A DNA stretch of 64,000 nt, taken from the NCBI GenBank assembly GCA_043228905.1, contig JBHGNT010000022.1:3844001-3908000 (forward strand). Reading direction: 5' to 3'. The notes beneath the pieces were generated by a model. It was given only the letters and a program-made list of their open reading frames with translations. It made no database searches and was not told the origin of the DNA. Position 1 is the first letter of the stretch; each line of letters starts with the position of its first letter. This DNA comes from Azolla caroliniana. Its lineage: Eukaryota > Plantae > Polypodiophyta. A program made the position numbers and the translations under genes. This document shows, piece after piece, positions 34,926 through 47,900 of the stretch.

Positions 34926-37900
34926 GGTGCTTGGTGAAGATGACGGCAATCTGCCGACCTGTCGGAACATACGTCAGTTCGACTTCACTAAAAAGCACAC
35001 GCTCGCGGACAAAATGGTATTGCACCTCAATGTTCTTGGTCCGAGCATGGAATACAAGGTTTTTCGCAAGGTGGATGTTGCTAAGGTTGTCGCAGTAGAT
35101 CATTGTTGGATAGGACAACTCTATGTGCAGATCCCATAATAGTCGTTTTAGCCAAATGACTTCGCACGTAGCGACAGTTGCCCCTCGATATTTGGCCTCT
35201 ATGCTCGACAGTGCTACTGTCGGCTGCTTCTTACTGCTCCACGCAATCGCCACACTTCCCAATGAGAATGCATATCCGGATGTGGATCTACGATCGTGGG
35301 CATTTTCGGCCCAATCGGCATACATGTAGCCGACTAACTGCTTGGCTACGTTTGCACAATACAATAACCTCATGTCTTTCGTGCTGTTGACATATCGTAA
35401 TATCCTTTGCACACATTGAAAGTGTTCGGTCATGGGCTGCGACATAAATTGATTGATCATTCTGACCGGATAGTTGAGGTCTGGCCGAGTGATCGTCAAG
35501 TAGATGAGGCTTCCGACAATCTGTCAAAACCATGTTGGGTCGCACGCCTTTCCCGAATCTCGGCGAAGCTTTACGTTTCTATCCAGAGGGGTCGAGTTGG
35601 GCTTACAATCTACCATCCCGAACTTGAAGAGCATATTCAGCACGTAATGACGCTGACTGATCAATATGCCTTCGGGGGAACGGATCACTTCGATCCCGAG
35701 GAAGTAATGAAGGTCGCCAAGATCCTTCATTTCGAACGATGCCGCAAGCTGAGACTTTACACGGCTGATTTCTTCTAGGTCGGCACCGGCGATGACTAAA
35801 TCATCAACATAAAGTAAAAGAAAAACCAGTCCCTATCGACCTTGCCGAACAAACAACAAGGAGTCCGATTTGGACGTTGTAAACCCCATTCTACGCAACC
35901 GTTGCGTAATCTTCACGTTCCAAGATCGCGGGGCTTGCTTAAGGCCGTATAACGCCTTCTTCAATCGGCAGACTGTCGAAGTGTTCTGTTCGGATAGAAA
36001 TCTAAGGGGGTTGTACCATGTTCACATGTTCCTCAAGATCACCTTGCTGGAACACATTCTTTACATCCATCTAATGTAGATGCCACCCCTTCGTCGCAGC
36101 TACGGCTAGCAGAACTCACAGATTCACTCCGATCTGACTCAACACTACTGAAATCGTATTCCGACATTTTCTTCTTCCCTTTTTCTTTACGCGTAAACTG
36201 TCTCCTCGGTTCTTTACGCGGGAACAACACGGCTAAGTCTCCACTACTTGTCTGCTCTTCATTTGGTTGGCCATCTCAGCTCAACCCCTCATTCGGCCCG
36301 CTTAGCCGAAATGAGATCGGACTCTCTGTCAGAGTTCTGATTTCCTCATCACACGGAGGCATCTCGGCCTCACTGACCTCTTCTTCAGAATGCGGAATGG
36401 AATCATGAGGTATTGGAGGTGAAGGCAAGTACTACGAAGCGAACTCGTCGAACACGACATCTCAACTTATGGGAACTTCCTTTGTCCGGGGGTTATAACA
36501 CTTATACCCCTTCTACTCGTCTCAAAAGCCAACCAAGTTACACTTCTCGGCTTTGGCATCCAGCTTCCGCCTCAGAGTCTTCTCCTTCGACACATGCACA
36601 TACACAATGCTGCTGAAAATCCTCAAGTGTGCCAAGTTCGGCTTCTTTCCGAAATACAACTCGTGTGGTGACACTCCTCCATTAGCAGAAGTCCGATTCT
36701 GCAAATAAACAGCCGTCCTTACGGCTTTAGCCCAATAAAACTTCAACATATGCTTCTCTTCAAGCATTGTCCTGGCAGCTTCTTCGATCATCCGATTATT
36801 CCGCTCGGCTACGTCGTTCTGTTCCAGCATATATCTACACGAGAATTCGCGTCAAATTCCCTCCTTCTGTAGATAACTCGTGAATTTGTCAGAGAAGTAC
36901 TCCTTCCTGCCATCAGACCGTAGGCACTTGATCTTATGCCCTATTTCCCTTTCCACAAGGTTTTTCACCTTTACGAACCACGCGAAGAATTTGCTCTTTT
37001 TCATGATCAACCACGCCCAGGTATGTCGAGTGAAGTCATCGATAAAGGTTACGAAATAATGGCTTCCACCGAGACTCACGTTCTGTGCCGGTCCCCACAC
37101 ATCCGAATGGATCAAATCTAGTGGATTTCGACTACGATTACGCTCATTGGGGAATGGAAGTCGGTGTTGCTTCCCTAGTTGGTAGGCTTCACAGACTTGG
37201 CCATTACAACCCCGAAAACAATGTTCTTCGTCTGCATTTTACGAAGCCGTGGGAAGTTAACATGGCTGAACCGCTTGTGCCACATGTCGATGTCTGAATC
37301 AACCTTCTGTCCTTTCACGAACAACGCGGTTCCGGCTTGATTGGTGTCGAGGATAAACATCCTCCCTTCACGGCGCCCTTGTGCAATAACTTTGCCTTCC
37401 TCTTCAATGTAGCACCCGAGGTGCGTGAATCGAATCTGCAACCCCTGGTCGACGATCTATCCAATCGACACCAAGTTCTTGGTTATTGTCGAGACGTGCA
37501 ACACGTTCATAAGTTTCCCTTTCTGCCCGACGTGCCTGAGAGGAACTTCTCCGACATGTTCGATGGTATGCGGAGTGTCGTCTCTCGTTTTGACCACTCC
37601 TTGTTTTTCCGGTTTCTCCAAGTACGAGAACCATTCCTCATGACTCGTCATATGATTTGACACTCCGGAATCAACATACCACACCTCGCTCGATTCCGAG
37701 GTGTTCACGGCCATCGAATTGGCCGTGTGCTTCATTACGAAGGCTGGGCACGATCCATTTACTGCTCGTTTAGAGCCTTCGGTGTAGTGCGATTTCTGAC
37801 ACCTTCCTACGTCTCTTTCGCTCGATTCGGCTTTGCCCGAATCAGCTATCTTCTTCCAGCACTCGCTCTCCCCGTGGCCTTTCTTGCCACAGTACCAGCA

Positions 37901-38668
37901 TTCCGTTGCGGCCTTCTCTTGCCAGCTTCCGGCACCACTATGTCTCCCCCAGCTTCCGGCATTTCGATTATGTCGCACGTTCTGCTCTTTTCGGTCGCCT
38001 CCATTGCGTGCCGATCCGCTTCGTCCGCCACGACTACAAGGCCTATCTTCCTCTGTGTACAACATATTGTTGTCGGTGTGCATACTCATTGACGCACCCG
38101 CGTAATTTTCCTCCACGAGCAACATCGACTGAAGCTCGAAGAACGAAGGCGTAATCTCCCTTGTGCAAGCCGCCGTCCGGAACGCTCCGAACTTTGACGT
38201 TAACCCACCAAGGCAAACCTGCACCATTTCATCCTCCTCAATATTCATGTTGACGGAGGCGAGAGAGTCGTAGATCTCCTTGATTCGGGGAGTGTAATCG
38301 ATCACAGACAGATCTTTCTGTCGGACATTGTTGAGCTCCTGTCTAAGCTATAGCTTCCTAGTCGTTGTGCTAGCGGCAAAAATCCTCTTGAGATTCACCC
38401 ACGCGTCCTTTGGCGTCTTAGCATCCCGAACGTAGCTCAAGATTTGTTCACTCACACAGGACGCGAAGCAATAAAGAACTCTGCTTGTTGCTTGTTCCCA
38501 AGCCGAAAAATCTTTGTGTGTCGATTCGGGTGCTGCATCATTAGCTCCATCGACATAACTCTAGTCGCCATGAACAAGCATATATTGGTGCATCTTGTAC
38601 GACCAAGATGCATAGTTGCTCCTGTCGAGCTTCTCAGTCGATAGTGAGATTCCCATTCCTCTGTCCAT
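34926..38668 (-). mobile_element. Ty1/Copia element C (same family as A), degenerate gag-PR-IN-RT-RH; LTRs not seen
   Basis: MDRGMG...EKLDR start at 38668; WYVDSG, HSDVWGP, MKDLG, TRPD, RRSTSGY, YCDN, HARTK. RT N-terminus deleted near 36118; RH cut at IFTK by the B LTR. Confidence 0.9.
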
Positions 38669-39243
38669 ATTGTTGTTTTATCCTTTCCGAAAACAACAAC
38701 TTAACTTTGTCTTATCGCAAGCTTTTCTGTCAGCTGTGGAGGAGTCTCAACCCTCCCTTCGGAAGAAGTCACGTTTCCCTCCCTCTCCAACTAAAGTCTC
38801 TCTCTCCCTCTCTGCATCTGTGTGTGTGTGTGTTGAGAAACATACAACTCAAGTTTGGGTGCCATTGATTTCAAGCAAGTAAGGAAGTGTATGCAACTAA
38901 AGAAAGCTAAACAGATCGAGGAACCTGAGAGAAAGCATGTTTAGGAAGCAAGAAGAAGAGTTGAGCTCCATGGCGGTTCCCTGTTCTAGAGATGCCATGG
39001 CAAAATATGTCCACAGTTAGGCCTCCCAACTATGTATATACAAGTTGCTGCAAGGTCCCAAAAAGAAGGTGCTTTAGACCTTTGGTCTGACAAAGATGGA
39101 CCTGAACGTTTTTGAATCTCAAGCTCTTCACGGGTATGACCTCTACCATCACTCCCCACTCAATCGCTTTCTTCCCAACTCTTTGCCCCACCCTCTTCTT
39201 CTCAAGGGAGGGAAACGTGACTTCTTCTCAAGGGAGGGTCATC

Positions 39244-39610
39244 CTTTCGGGCGTGCCAAAAGTGTTGTTGGGGTGGGGGGTGAAACCTAGAATGGCTTCA
39301 CCCCCCTCCCAAGGGGGTTACAATAAAGTGAGAGCTAGAGAGAAAGAAAAATACAAAATGACACAAAATGAGAGGGGGGAAATCTATATCCCTTATGTGC
39401 CCCCATAAGGGGTTTTTATAGTACATAATGTAACAGTAAATAATATGTCTGTTACAAAAAGATATCGTTAAATTCTTGTCACATGAAAATAATTGTGCAT
39501 GTGCTTACACATACTCATCCTCACACTCATATATGTACATTACACATACCGAACAACCCCTTTAATGTGTTTTACCCTTATACCGCCCCGTACAACTCCT
39601 ACGGGTAACA
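39244..39610 (-). mobile_element. LTR remnant with tRNA-Arg-type PBS (Tat-like)
   Basis: Reverse complement TGGCACGCCCGAA at 39258-39246, 4-nt spacer, TG at 39263, TATA at ~39414. Far boundary uncertain. Confidence 0.45.
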
Positions 39611-42600
39611 ACTTAATGGGACTCAAGATCCACGACACCCAAGTGAATGTGGTGCCCCTATCCTATCCCAACTAGGATGCAATCCCAATTTGAACCGGGA
39701 CTCACAAAAGGAGCCAATCCTTGTCCCAAAAGGGGCGCCACCATGGGTTGGGACAGCCAGTCCCAATGGGTAGTCCTAAGAGAATACCCAACGGCTAGCC
39801 CTCCAACGGCCATATCTTGGCTTATATTAGGAGGAGCTTCTCCTCATTTTGATCATTCTCGACCTCTAAGTTCTACTCTCTCCTTTTTAACCTTTGAATC
39901 ACTCTAGTCCCTCAAAATCTTTTTGGGAGGTTGTCCCGACCGTTTTGGCTTAGTCCCGACTTGTCCCAACCTCGTTTTTAGTTTGTCCCAACTTGAGACT
40001 ATTGTAAGCTTGTATCCCTTCATATAATATAAATCATCTTCTTGTTCCAATTCTCTTTGTCTCAACCATGTTTTCATGTGGTTTTCAGACCACATAATCG
40101 AGGGGCATTACGATTGTAATACCCTTATTCATTTAGGAGTTAACCCAGTTACTCATCATAACATTAGAGAAAACTAAAGAAAACCTATATCATGATCAAT
40201 TATGGTAATGCACATAACAATTCATTTAGCTAGTTAACCAACCTATGAAGTTTATTAGGTATTCTTATTGTATCTCAATTATGTTGAGTGTGCCTTAGGC
40301 CTCATGTTTTTTCCATTCAACATTTTTGTTCTAATTTATTGAGAGGTAAAAAAAATGCATAAAATGAATGAATTTTAGAGTTCTAACATATTGGAGTAGA
40401 TACCAATCATTCATAAAGTTTGGATGATAGATGTGTTGATACTACTCATCAATAGGGATACAATAAATAATCACAATATGTGTATATAATGGTTTGTCAA
40501 AAAATTTGTAATGAACCGTCAATAGTGTCTAGAGACGAATCGACATTAATTAGAAAATCCAAGTACACATCAATTGTGGAGCATAACGTGAACCCGTATT
40601 GTCTAGCGATGAATCATCCTCAGGTGAGAAATAGTGTTTCCTTTTAAAAATGCATTTCTTTTTCTCTAAAAACCCATTGTGGCAGTTTTGAAAAATATAA
40701 AATCTTTTCGAATTCCTAACAACTTAACACCAAAAATAGTAGAATCTGAAATGTTAGAAAACCAATGGGAAACATTAGCAAATAATTAATGAAATTTTAA
40801 TAGAAAAAACATATTTGTAAGATTTGTTTTAACCTCTTCCTATTAGGATGCATTGTAGTCTCACAATTGATAAAAACTCTTATCAAGCAATTATGGATAT
40901 ACACTATTGTCCTCAATAATGACTCCAATGTTGTGCTACTCTCATGAGATAAATAATGGTTATCTTTATGTTAATGATTGCAAGGGATTAGATGGATATG
41001 CACCCCTTCATGTGGGTGAAGAGTGGGTATGAGTCACTCTCAAGTCTACCTAACAAAAAACTCTAGGTATCTAAATGAACTTCTTAATCATAATTGCATC
41101 TCTTAACTCAACAAATGCAAGGAATGAGATTACAAAAAAAAAAACGCTCGAATCTCACACTTAATCAGCTAGTTAAATCTTAACCAAGAAAAGAAATGAC
41201 AAATCAAACTATAAACGAGTTGTAATCACAAATTTCCTTGGTAGTTAAAAGGAGGAAAAAAAGGAGTGTAATCTCTTAAGAATAAACTTAAGACTTAAGT
41301 TCAAAGTTGTAGGGTTAGGCTTGGTTTATGAAAAGGAAATAGACTAAGCTCTACCTTAAGGCTACATAAAAATAAAAATGAAGAAGATCTAAAACACTTA
41401 TACTTTGTCTTTTAAGCTTTATTTAAAATTTACTAATTAGACTTTTGTCCATTTTACGTGTGTAGACATTGGCTCTATCCTAAGGTTTATGAGAAGTATT
41501 TTTATTGTTGTCCTACACTTTATTCTTATGATTGGGGAAGTGGTGAAGGTAATATGTTTGGTTGATACTCAACACAAACAATGAATTTGAAGTTGATTTA
41601 ATCCTTGACTTTTGAAGAATCGAGAAATATTGTGATATCTTGTTGTTTGGTCACACTATTCTCCTTTTAACAACATCCATGAACCAATAGAGAGGCATGC
41701 CTTGACAAGCCAACAAATTCCAAATTTGTGGCACATTGCGGAATGTAGTAGAAGGTTATGGAACATTGTGAAAGTAACATAAGGTAGTATAAGGTTCTAA
41801 CATGAATTCAAGAGAGTCATTGACATTTTTGTATGGCGTTGTCTTCTAGTAAATCAACATCAATTATTGAATACAAATGATTTTCCTTGTACCCTTATTC
41901 ATAGTTATCTAGACTTGCCATGGGTTGTTATTAGGTCCCCTCCATATATCGCCTACCTACCCTATCGTCATCAAATTGGGATAATTGCAAACCCCTCAAT
42001 CTCAAACGGTAGAACATGTAAGTATACTAGAAGAAAGTTTTTTGACAATCAAGATAGGCTATCTTAAGGAGTAGAGGCAACGTTGGATGAATAACAATCA
42101 ATGTTTGTCTAAAAGGGTGAAGCATTCAGAGTGGAGAGCATGGAAACTCGTATAAGAGGCCAATATGTATTCTCAAACAATCACATTGGTTACAAGAGTC
42201 CAAGTACTTGGAGAACCAACATAAGGGTATGTAACAATGAAGAGAATAGAGGAAAATGAGAGTGTCCAAAGTCATGCTGAACAACAAAGTAGTGTTCGTA
42301 GCTTAGTGTGAGAGTATAACTTATTATCCAATTGTGATACCAAACAACAATGTTTGCGGCATACTTTTAATGGGAACATAAGCTTGGATTTGTGAGGTTT
42401 ATATTCTATGACATCTATCACATGAGAGCCTTTGAGGAGCTTCATACTCGCGATATATATACATAAATGTATTGGATGCATCCCTTTGGGTAGCTCCATC
42501 GATGTGAACTTGACATTGACAATGAGCTCTTGGGTGGGAAGAGGAAGATTGATGAACTCTAATCCAGGTCTTGTATGATCCACCTCTACCAAACCCATAC

Positions 42601-43088
42601 ATGTTGAATGACATCAAAATAAATTTACTACAACATAATACCAACTTATTTTATAGCCATTCATAGGTGGACATTTGATCATTGGGTAGGTTATATGCTT
42701 TTTTCGTCTCTTATCGTTTAGATTGTTCCACTCGATTAAAATTCATTAACACACGATATTAGTTAATTATATTTAGAAGATGAGCAACTTCAGCTATTTT
42801 CTAGGGGTATTTACCGACATTTCTCAAACGAGAAACATTTGAAGATTTGTGTGACACCCAAAAACACACAACCCAAATCATATGGTACGAAATCAAAATT
42901 GCAAAAAGCGAAATTCCAATATAGCATATGCAAAATAACAAATTTTGAAAACCTCGAGGTAAACAAAAACAAAAAAGAGGCTAGTCAATGTGGGTATACA
43001 TGAGCATTGAGGACGTGTTGGCTTGGCATACATTTGCCCTACCTCAAAATCGAGAAATATGGTCTATATTGGATGTAAGTGCATTATT

Positions 43089-43091
<3 letters not shown>

Positions 43092-43130
<39 letters not shown>
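43092..43130. repeat. (CA)n microsatellite
   Basis: Direct read. Confidence 0.95.
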
Positions 43131-43132
<2 letters not shown>

Positions 43133-43719
43133 GATGTACGTCCATTTAGAGAGAAAAACATATATATGACCTTATTGTTGATTTGTCTTAATAGTGACAT
43201 TGTTATTATAGAGAAATAGACAGAGAATTTGTGAATGCAACTTTACTCTTTTTGTATTCAGACTTTTAAACAAATAGATGGAACATGTTATCTTGATTTA
43301 TAATCATCTCTCGATCCATCCTTAGATCCCCTTTAGAGAGAGTCTAGAGACAAAGAAACGAACCATAGACGCGCATACACATAACCTTTTTACCCTATCA
43401 ATTTGTATTATAGCCATAATGAAAATATGCACAAATTTGATATTGGTAATCAATATCCACCCTCTTATGCTTATATTGTGATGACCCTCGTGATTTCCCC
43501 CAAATATCTATTTTTTATCTATCCCATGCGTCCGTTGTGCAACACTGCAACCTCACCTCATATATTCTTTGGCGATTTCTTTCCTTATAAGTCCGATGAG
43601 GGAGAGCGTGTGTAATAACCGTATTAGAGCTTCACAAAGGATCAGAAAGGACCTCTTGTATGAGTTAGTCAGTGAAAACACAGGGAAGCATTACACATAC
43701 ATGTAACCCTTGTGACGAC

Positions 43720-43844
43720 GCATACACATACACATACGCATACACATACACATATAAATATACATATACATATACATATACATGTACATATACATATACA
43801 TGTACATATACATATACATGTACATATACATATACATATACATG

Positions 43845-43880
<36 letters not shown>

Positions 43881-43945
43881 ATACATATACATATACATAA
43901 TACATAATACATAGTACATTATACATAATACATAATACATATGTA
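43720..43945. repeat. (TACATA)n hexamer satellite grading into (TACATAA)n
   Basis: Direct read. Confidence 0.95.
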
Positions 43946-44267
43946 TGTATGAAATGTACATCAGAGATAGTTGATGATAACCAGAACCTAGTGATGATTG
44001 CCCTAGAACTCAAATCTATCATTTGAGTGCCCTCTTCTTCATCTTCTTCTTGCTCTCTTTTGATATCTTGCTTTCTTTGTCTTAAGTTTAACCCTTCCCC
44101 CCTCTTTTTCCTTTGCCTTCTGTTTTGCATAGCCTTCATTTCAATCAGATCTCTCCCCCCACGCCACGCCCCCTTTCTACAGAATAGGGGTCCATAGCCA
44201 TGGCCCTAACATAGGAATATTGACCCTAGTGTGCCCTTTTCTCTCTTTGTGCATTTCTCTCTTCTGT

Positions 44268-44526
44268 GTAGGTGATTAGTAAAGTGGGCCCTTCTGATTA
44301 GAAGTAGTCATAGAGATTAACTTCTTGGGTCTTCATTTTTTTTTTCTCCTGGGTTTGTGGGAGGCGATTAGTGAAGGGGATTCCTCAGACTGTTCTTTGT
44401 AGGTGATTGATTAGTAAAGTGGTCCCTTGGGATTAGAGGTAGTCATAGAGATTAATTTCTTGGGTCTTCATTTTTTTTCCCCCTGGGTTTGTGGGAGGCG
44501 ATTAGTGAAGGAGATTCCTCAGACTG
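44268..44526. repeat. ~131-bp imperfect tandem duplication upstream of HIRA
   Basis: gtaggtgatt...gattcctcagactg occurs twice. Confidence 0.85.
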
Positions 44527-44965
44527 GGTTAATCACAGCAATTGGCGTCTTGGGTCTTGTCTCTTGCTTGAGTTTTTGGAGGTGGGCCGTGAAGTGGGTC
44601 TCTGTCAATAGGGCTAATCGCAGAGAGTAGCGTGCTAATTCCTCGTGATTATGTTTAATCTCAGTGATTAACGACTTGGGTCTATTTTTTGTTAGATTTC
44701 AGGGGTGGTTAGTGAAGTGAATCCTCGTAATTACTTATTATAAGAGAGAAATTAGGTTTCCTGCCTTATTAGTCGTGATTATTTTTACCTTAATGGGTCC
44801 TAAGTAAGCAGTTTAGTAGGCTTCCAGATTTTCATGGGAGGTTTATGGCATGGTTGGGCGGTTTGAAGGTCATTTTCCTTCTTGAGAAGAAGAAGAGGTT
44901 TTAGAGCAAGAAGTGGAAGAAAAAGGGCTACAGGAAGAAGAAGCAGGAAAGAGGAAGTGGTGAAG

Positions 44966-47900
44966 ATGATAGTGGAAAAACCAGTATGGCTTCGCCACGA
45001 GGGTTTGCAAATCTTCTCGGTTGACATTCAACCTACAGGTCATCGTTTTGCAACTGCAGGAGGAGACCATAAGGTAACCATTTATGCTTCTCTACGAGCA
45101 ATGTAGTTGTTGTGTATGTAACTTCTCTATGGAATGAGATCATAGTGTGGCACTTTCCGCATTTCTTTTGAAAATGTAGTTGAAAGATATACTTAGTTTT
45201 ACTGTGAATGAAACCAATTAGGTAATTCCTTTTGCATTCTTAATCAAACTAGAGTTTTTCCATCGTTGCTAGTACATGTGAGAAAGAAAGCATAGAGTTT
45301 TTCAATGGTTGCTCATCTTCGAGAAAGAAGGAATAGAGTTTTCTATATTGATGTGCTTAGGGATGAGAGAAAAAGAGAAGATCCTTTTTCCATGGCTGCT
45401 TGTATATGAGAAAGAAAATGTAGAGTTTTTCCATGGCTTGTATGCATGAGAAAGAAAGACAGGAGTTTTTCCATGTAGCTGCCCTGCCCCTCTGAAAGGA
45501 AATGCAAAATATTCATGAAGGAAATAAAATCCTAGAATCATTAATGGAAAGCAAAGAGAGATTACAGTTTCTATTGCTGCATGCTTCCAAATAAAGATAA
45601 AAAATTCCACTGAATCTCAGAAGAAAGATAGATTAGTATCTCCAAAAGACCATAATGACATATGAGGGTTGACAAAGTTTAAAGTTCTTGATGTGGTTTG
45701 TTACGAGCTTTCTAAAACTAAATGACTTGAAATGTAATCGTGAATCGTGATAACTGGCATTTAGGTTTGATGCATAGAACTGAAATTGCTGTCCTCTTAA
45801 AATATCGATAATCGGTTGATTCAAATGGAATGTTCAACCGATGATGGATTTGATCTTCTGATTCTGGTTGGTGTGTGACATCTGGGTAAAAAAATCCCTA
45901 GTTGTGATTCTTCTGAGTCATGAATCTGGTTTGCCCAGAATGTTTGCTTGTACACCACGAGGAGTGTCCTAGTAGTATTTGTGTGGAATAAATTTGTGTA
46001 AGTTCTCTGCCTAATGGATCAATGAGTGTCAGATTCTTTATCAATAGGCTCATTATGTCTACTTATCTACAGAAGGAGGAGCATTAAGTGTCTTTGATCA
46101 AATGTTTTTTTAAAAGATAACGATATCTTCCTCTGATCTCATAATAGACTGGGTAATGACATAAATAGTGCTCTTTGGACTCAATAAATATCTAGTTTGT
46201 AACGTTGGCAGTTGTAGTTCTCTAATTCGCTATGTTTATTCCCAAAAGAAAATCTACTATGATGAAGGGGAAGGACTACATGGTGGCCTTGCTTTCCCCC
46301 ATCTCAGAAAAAAGAAAAAAGAAAAGAAAACAATAAACATGTAAATAAAGAAAATGCTAAAACTAGAATATTGAACGGGAAGAAGCGATGAGTAGCAGGA
46401 CCACAGTTTTCATGATTGCTAGCCATCACTCATCCAAGCATAGAATGACGAAGGACAATAAGCAATGAGAAGGACTATAGTTTCCATGATTTCTTCCAAC
46501 CCCCTGGAAAAAGAAAGAAAAACAAAGAAGTAACATTGTGGTATAAAGAAAAATGAAAGTTCTAGAATAATGAAGTGGAAGAACAATGAGATTCAAGTCC
46601 AGTTTCCATTGTTACTTTCTCTCCCCTTCTCCCAAATAAGAAAAAAGAAACAGTAAAAAGTACAAAAGAGACCACAAATTTCTCACTCAGAAATACAAAC
46701 TCTTGGATATGATGAGGGGTGACCCTTGATGTTGGCAAGTATTTCAAGACCCAAACTGATGAAGAGGAAGAAACAATGAGATGCAGGATGATAATTTCCA
46801 TTGTTACTCTCCCCCCTTCTCCAGAAAAGAAAAAAGCTAAGTAATAGAAAGAAGAAGACGACAAGACCTTCATACAGAAATCTAAAATCTAGAATGATGA
46901 GGGTGGATCCTGGATGTTTGCAAATATCTCAAGGTCCAATCCAGCAAGGTCGATCTATTTGCAGACCCTGCCTAAGTGCTCATGTACTCAGCCTTGGCTA
47001 TGATGCCTTTCAGGTTTCAGGCATATGAATTGATGGGGGGAAAAATCCTGAAATTGAAATATTATAGTTACCCTTCCCCGTCCTTTCCTTTGTTCAATCA
47101 GAACGGCTTATGCTTTTGCCATATCACAGTTTGTACATCGGTCATAAGTTTTGAGGTTAAACCATATGAAGTCCCAATTTGTTTGTTTATTTGCACACTG
47201 AAGCCTTTTATCATTTATTCATCACTCTTTAGTGAATGAGAGGGTGCAAATTGACTGCTTATTTGTGTTTGTGTGGTCATATGCATGTTGTCATTCATTC
47301 ATTGCAAACACATATATCTCAGTCAGTATGTTGCTAACTTTCAAGGTTTACTATAAGAGATGTTGATTCAATCTCCAGTTACAATCTGATTTCTTGGATG
47401 TATTTGCATGATCAGACAAATGTGTTCATTTATTCATTGCAAATCCACATTTCACAGTTTTTATGTTGGCAGATTTTAAGGTTCAGTATGAAGTATATGA
47501 GTCATTTGTTAAATGAGAAGTTGTAGTTTGATTGCTTATCTTCGTTTGCATGGTCATACAAAGACACTCATTTATTGATTGGAAGTCCTTACATCACAGC
47601 TTGTATGCTATCAAATTTCAAGATTTAGCATATGAGATGCAGAATTTGCTCTTCAGTCAGAAGATACAACATTTTGATTGCTTGTTTGCATGAGTAATGA
47701 TGTAAACATGCTCATTTATTCATTGCACTTTCCAATCTTTTGCTTACTGAAGGTTCGTATATGGGACATGAAATATCTCTCTCGAGTAGAATCCGACGCA
47801 GATGCCAAAGCCTCCAAGCTGTTAGCTACTCTGCGAGACCATTTCGGCTCAGTTAATTGTGTCCGGTGGGCAAAACAAGGGCGTCTAATAGCATCTGGAT

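Noticed and set aside
39616-43000. Degenerate repeats and ORF 42272-42598
   Set aside because: No identifiable domain or termini.
43665-44139. ORFs with YV/CI/HI/MY dipeptide runs
   Set aside because: Translations of the TACATA satellite.
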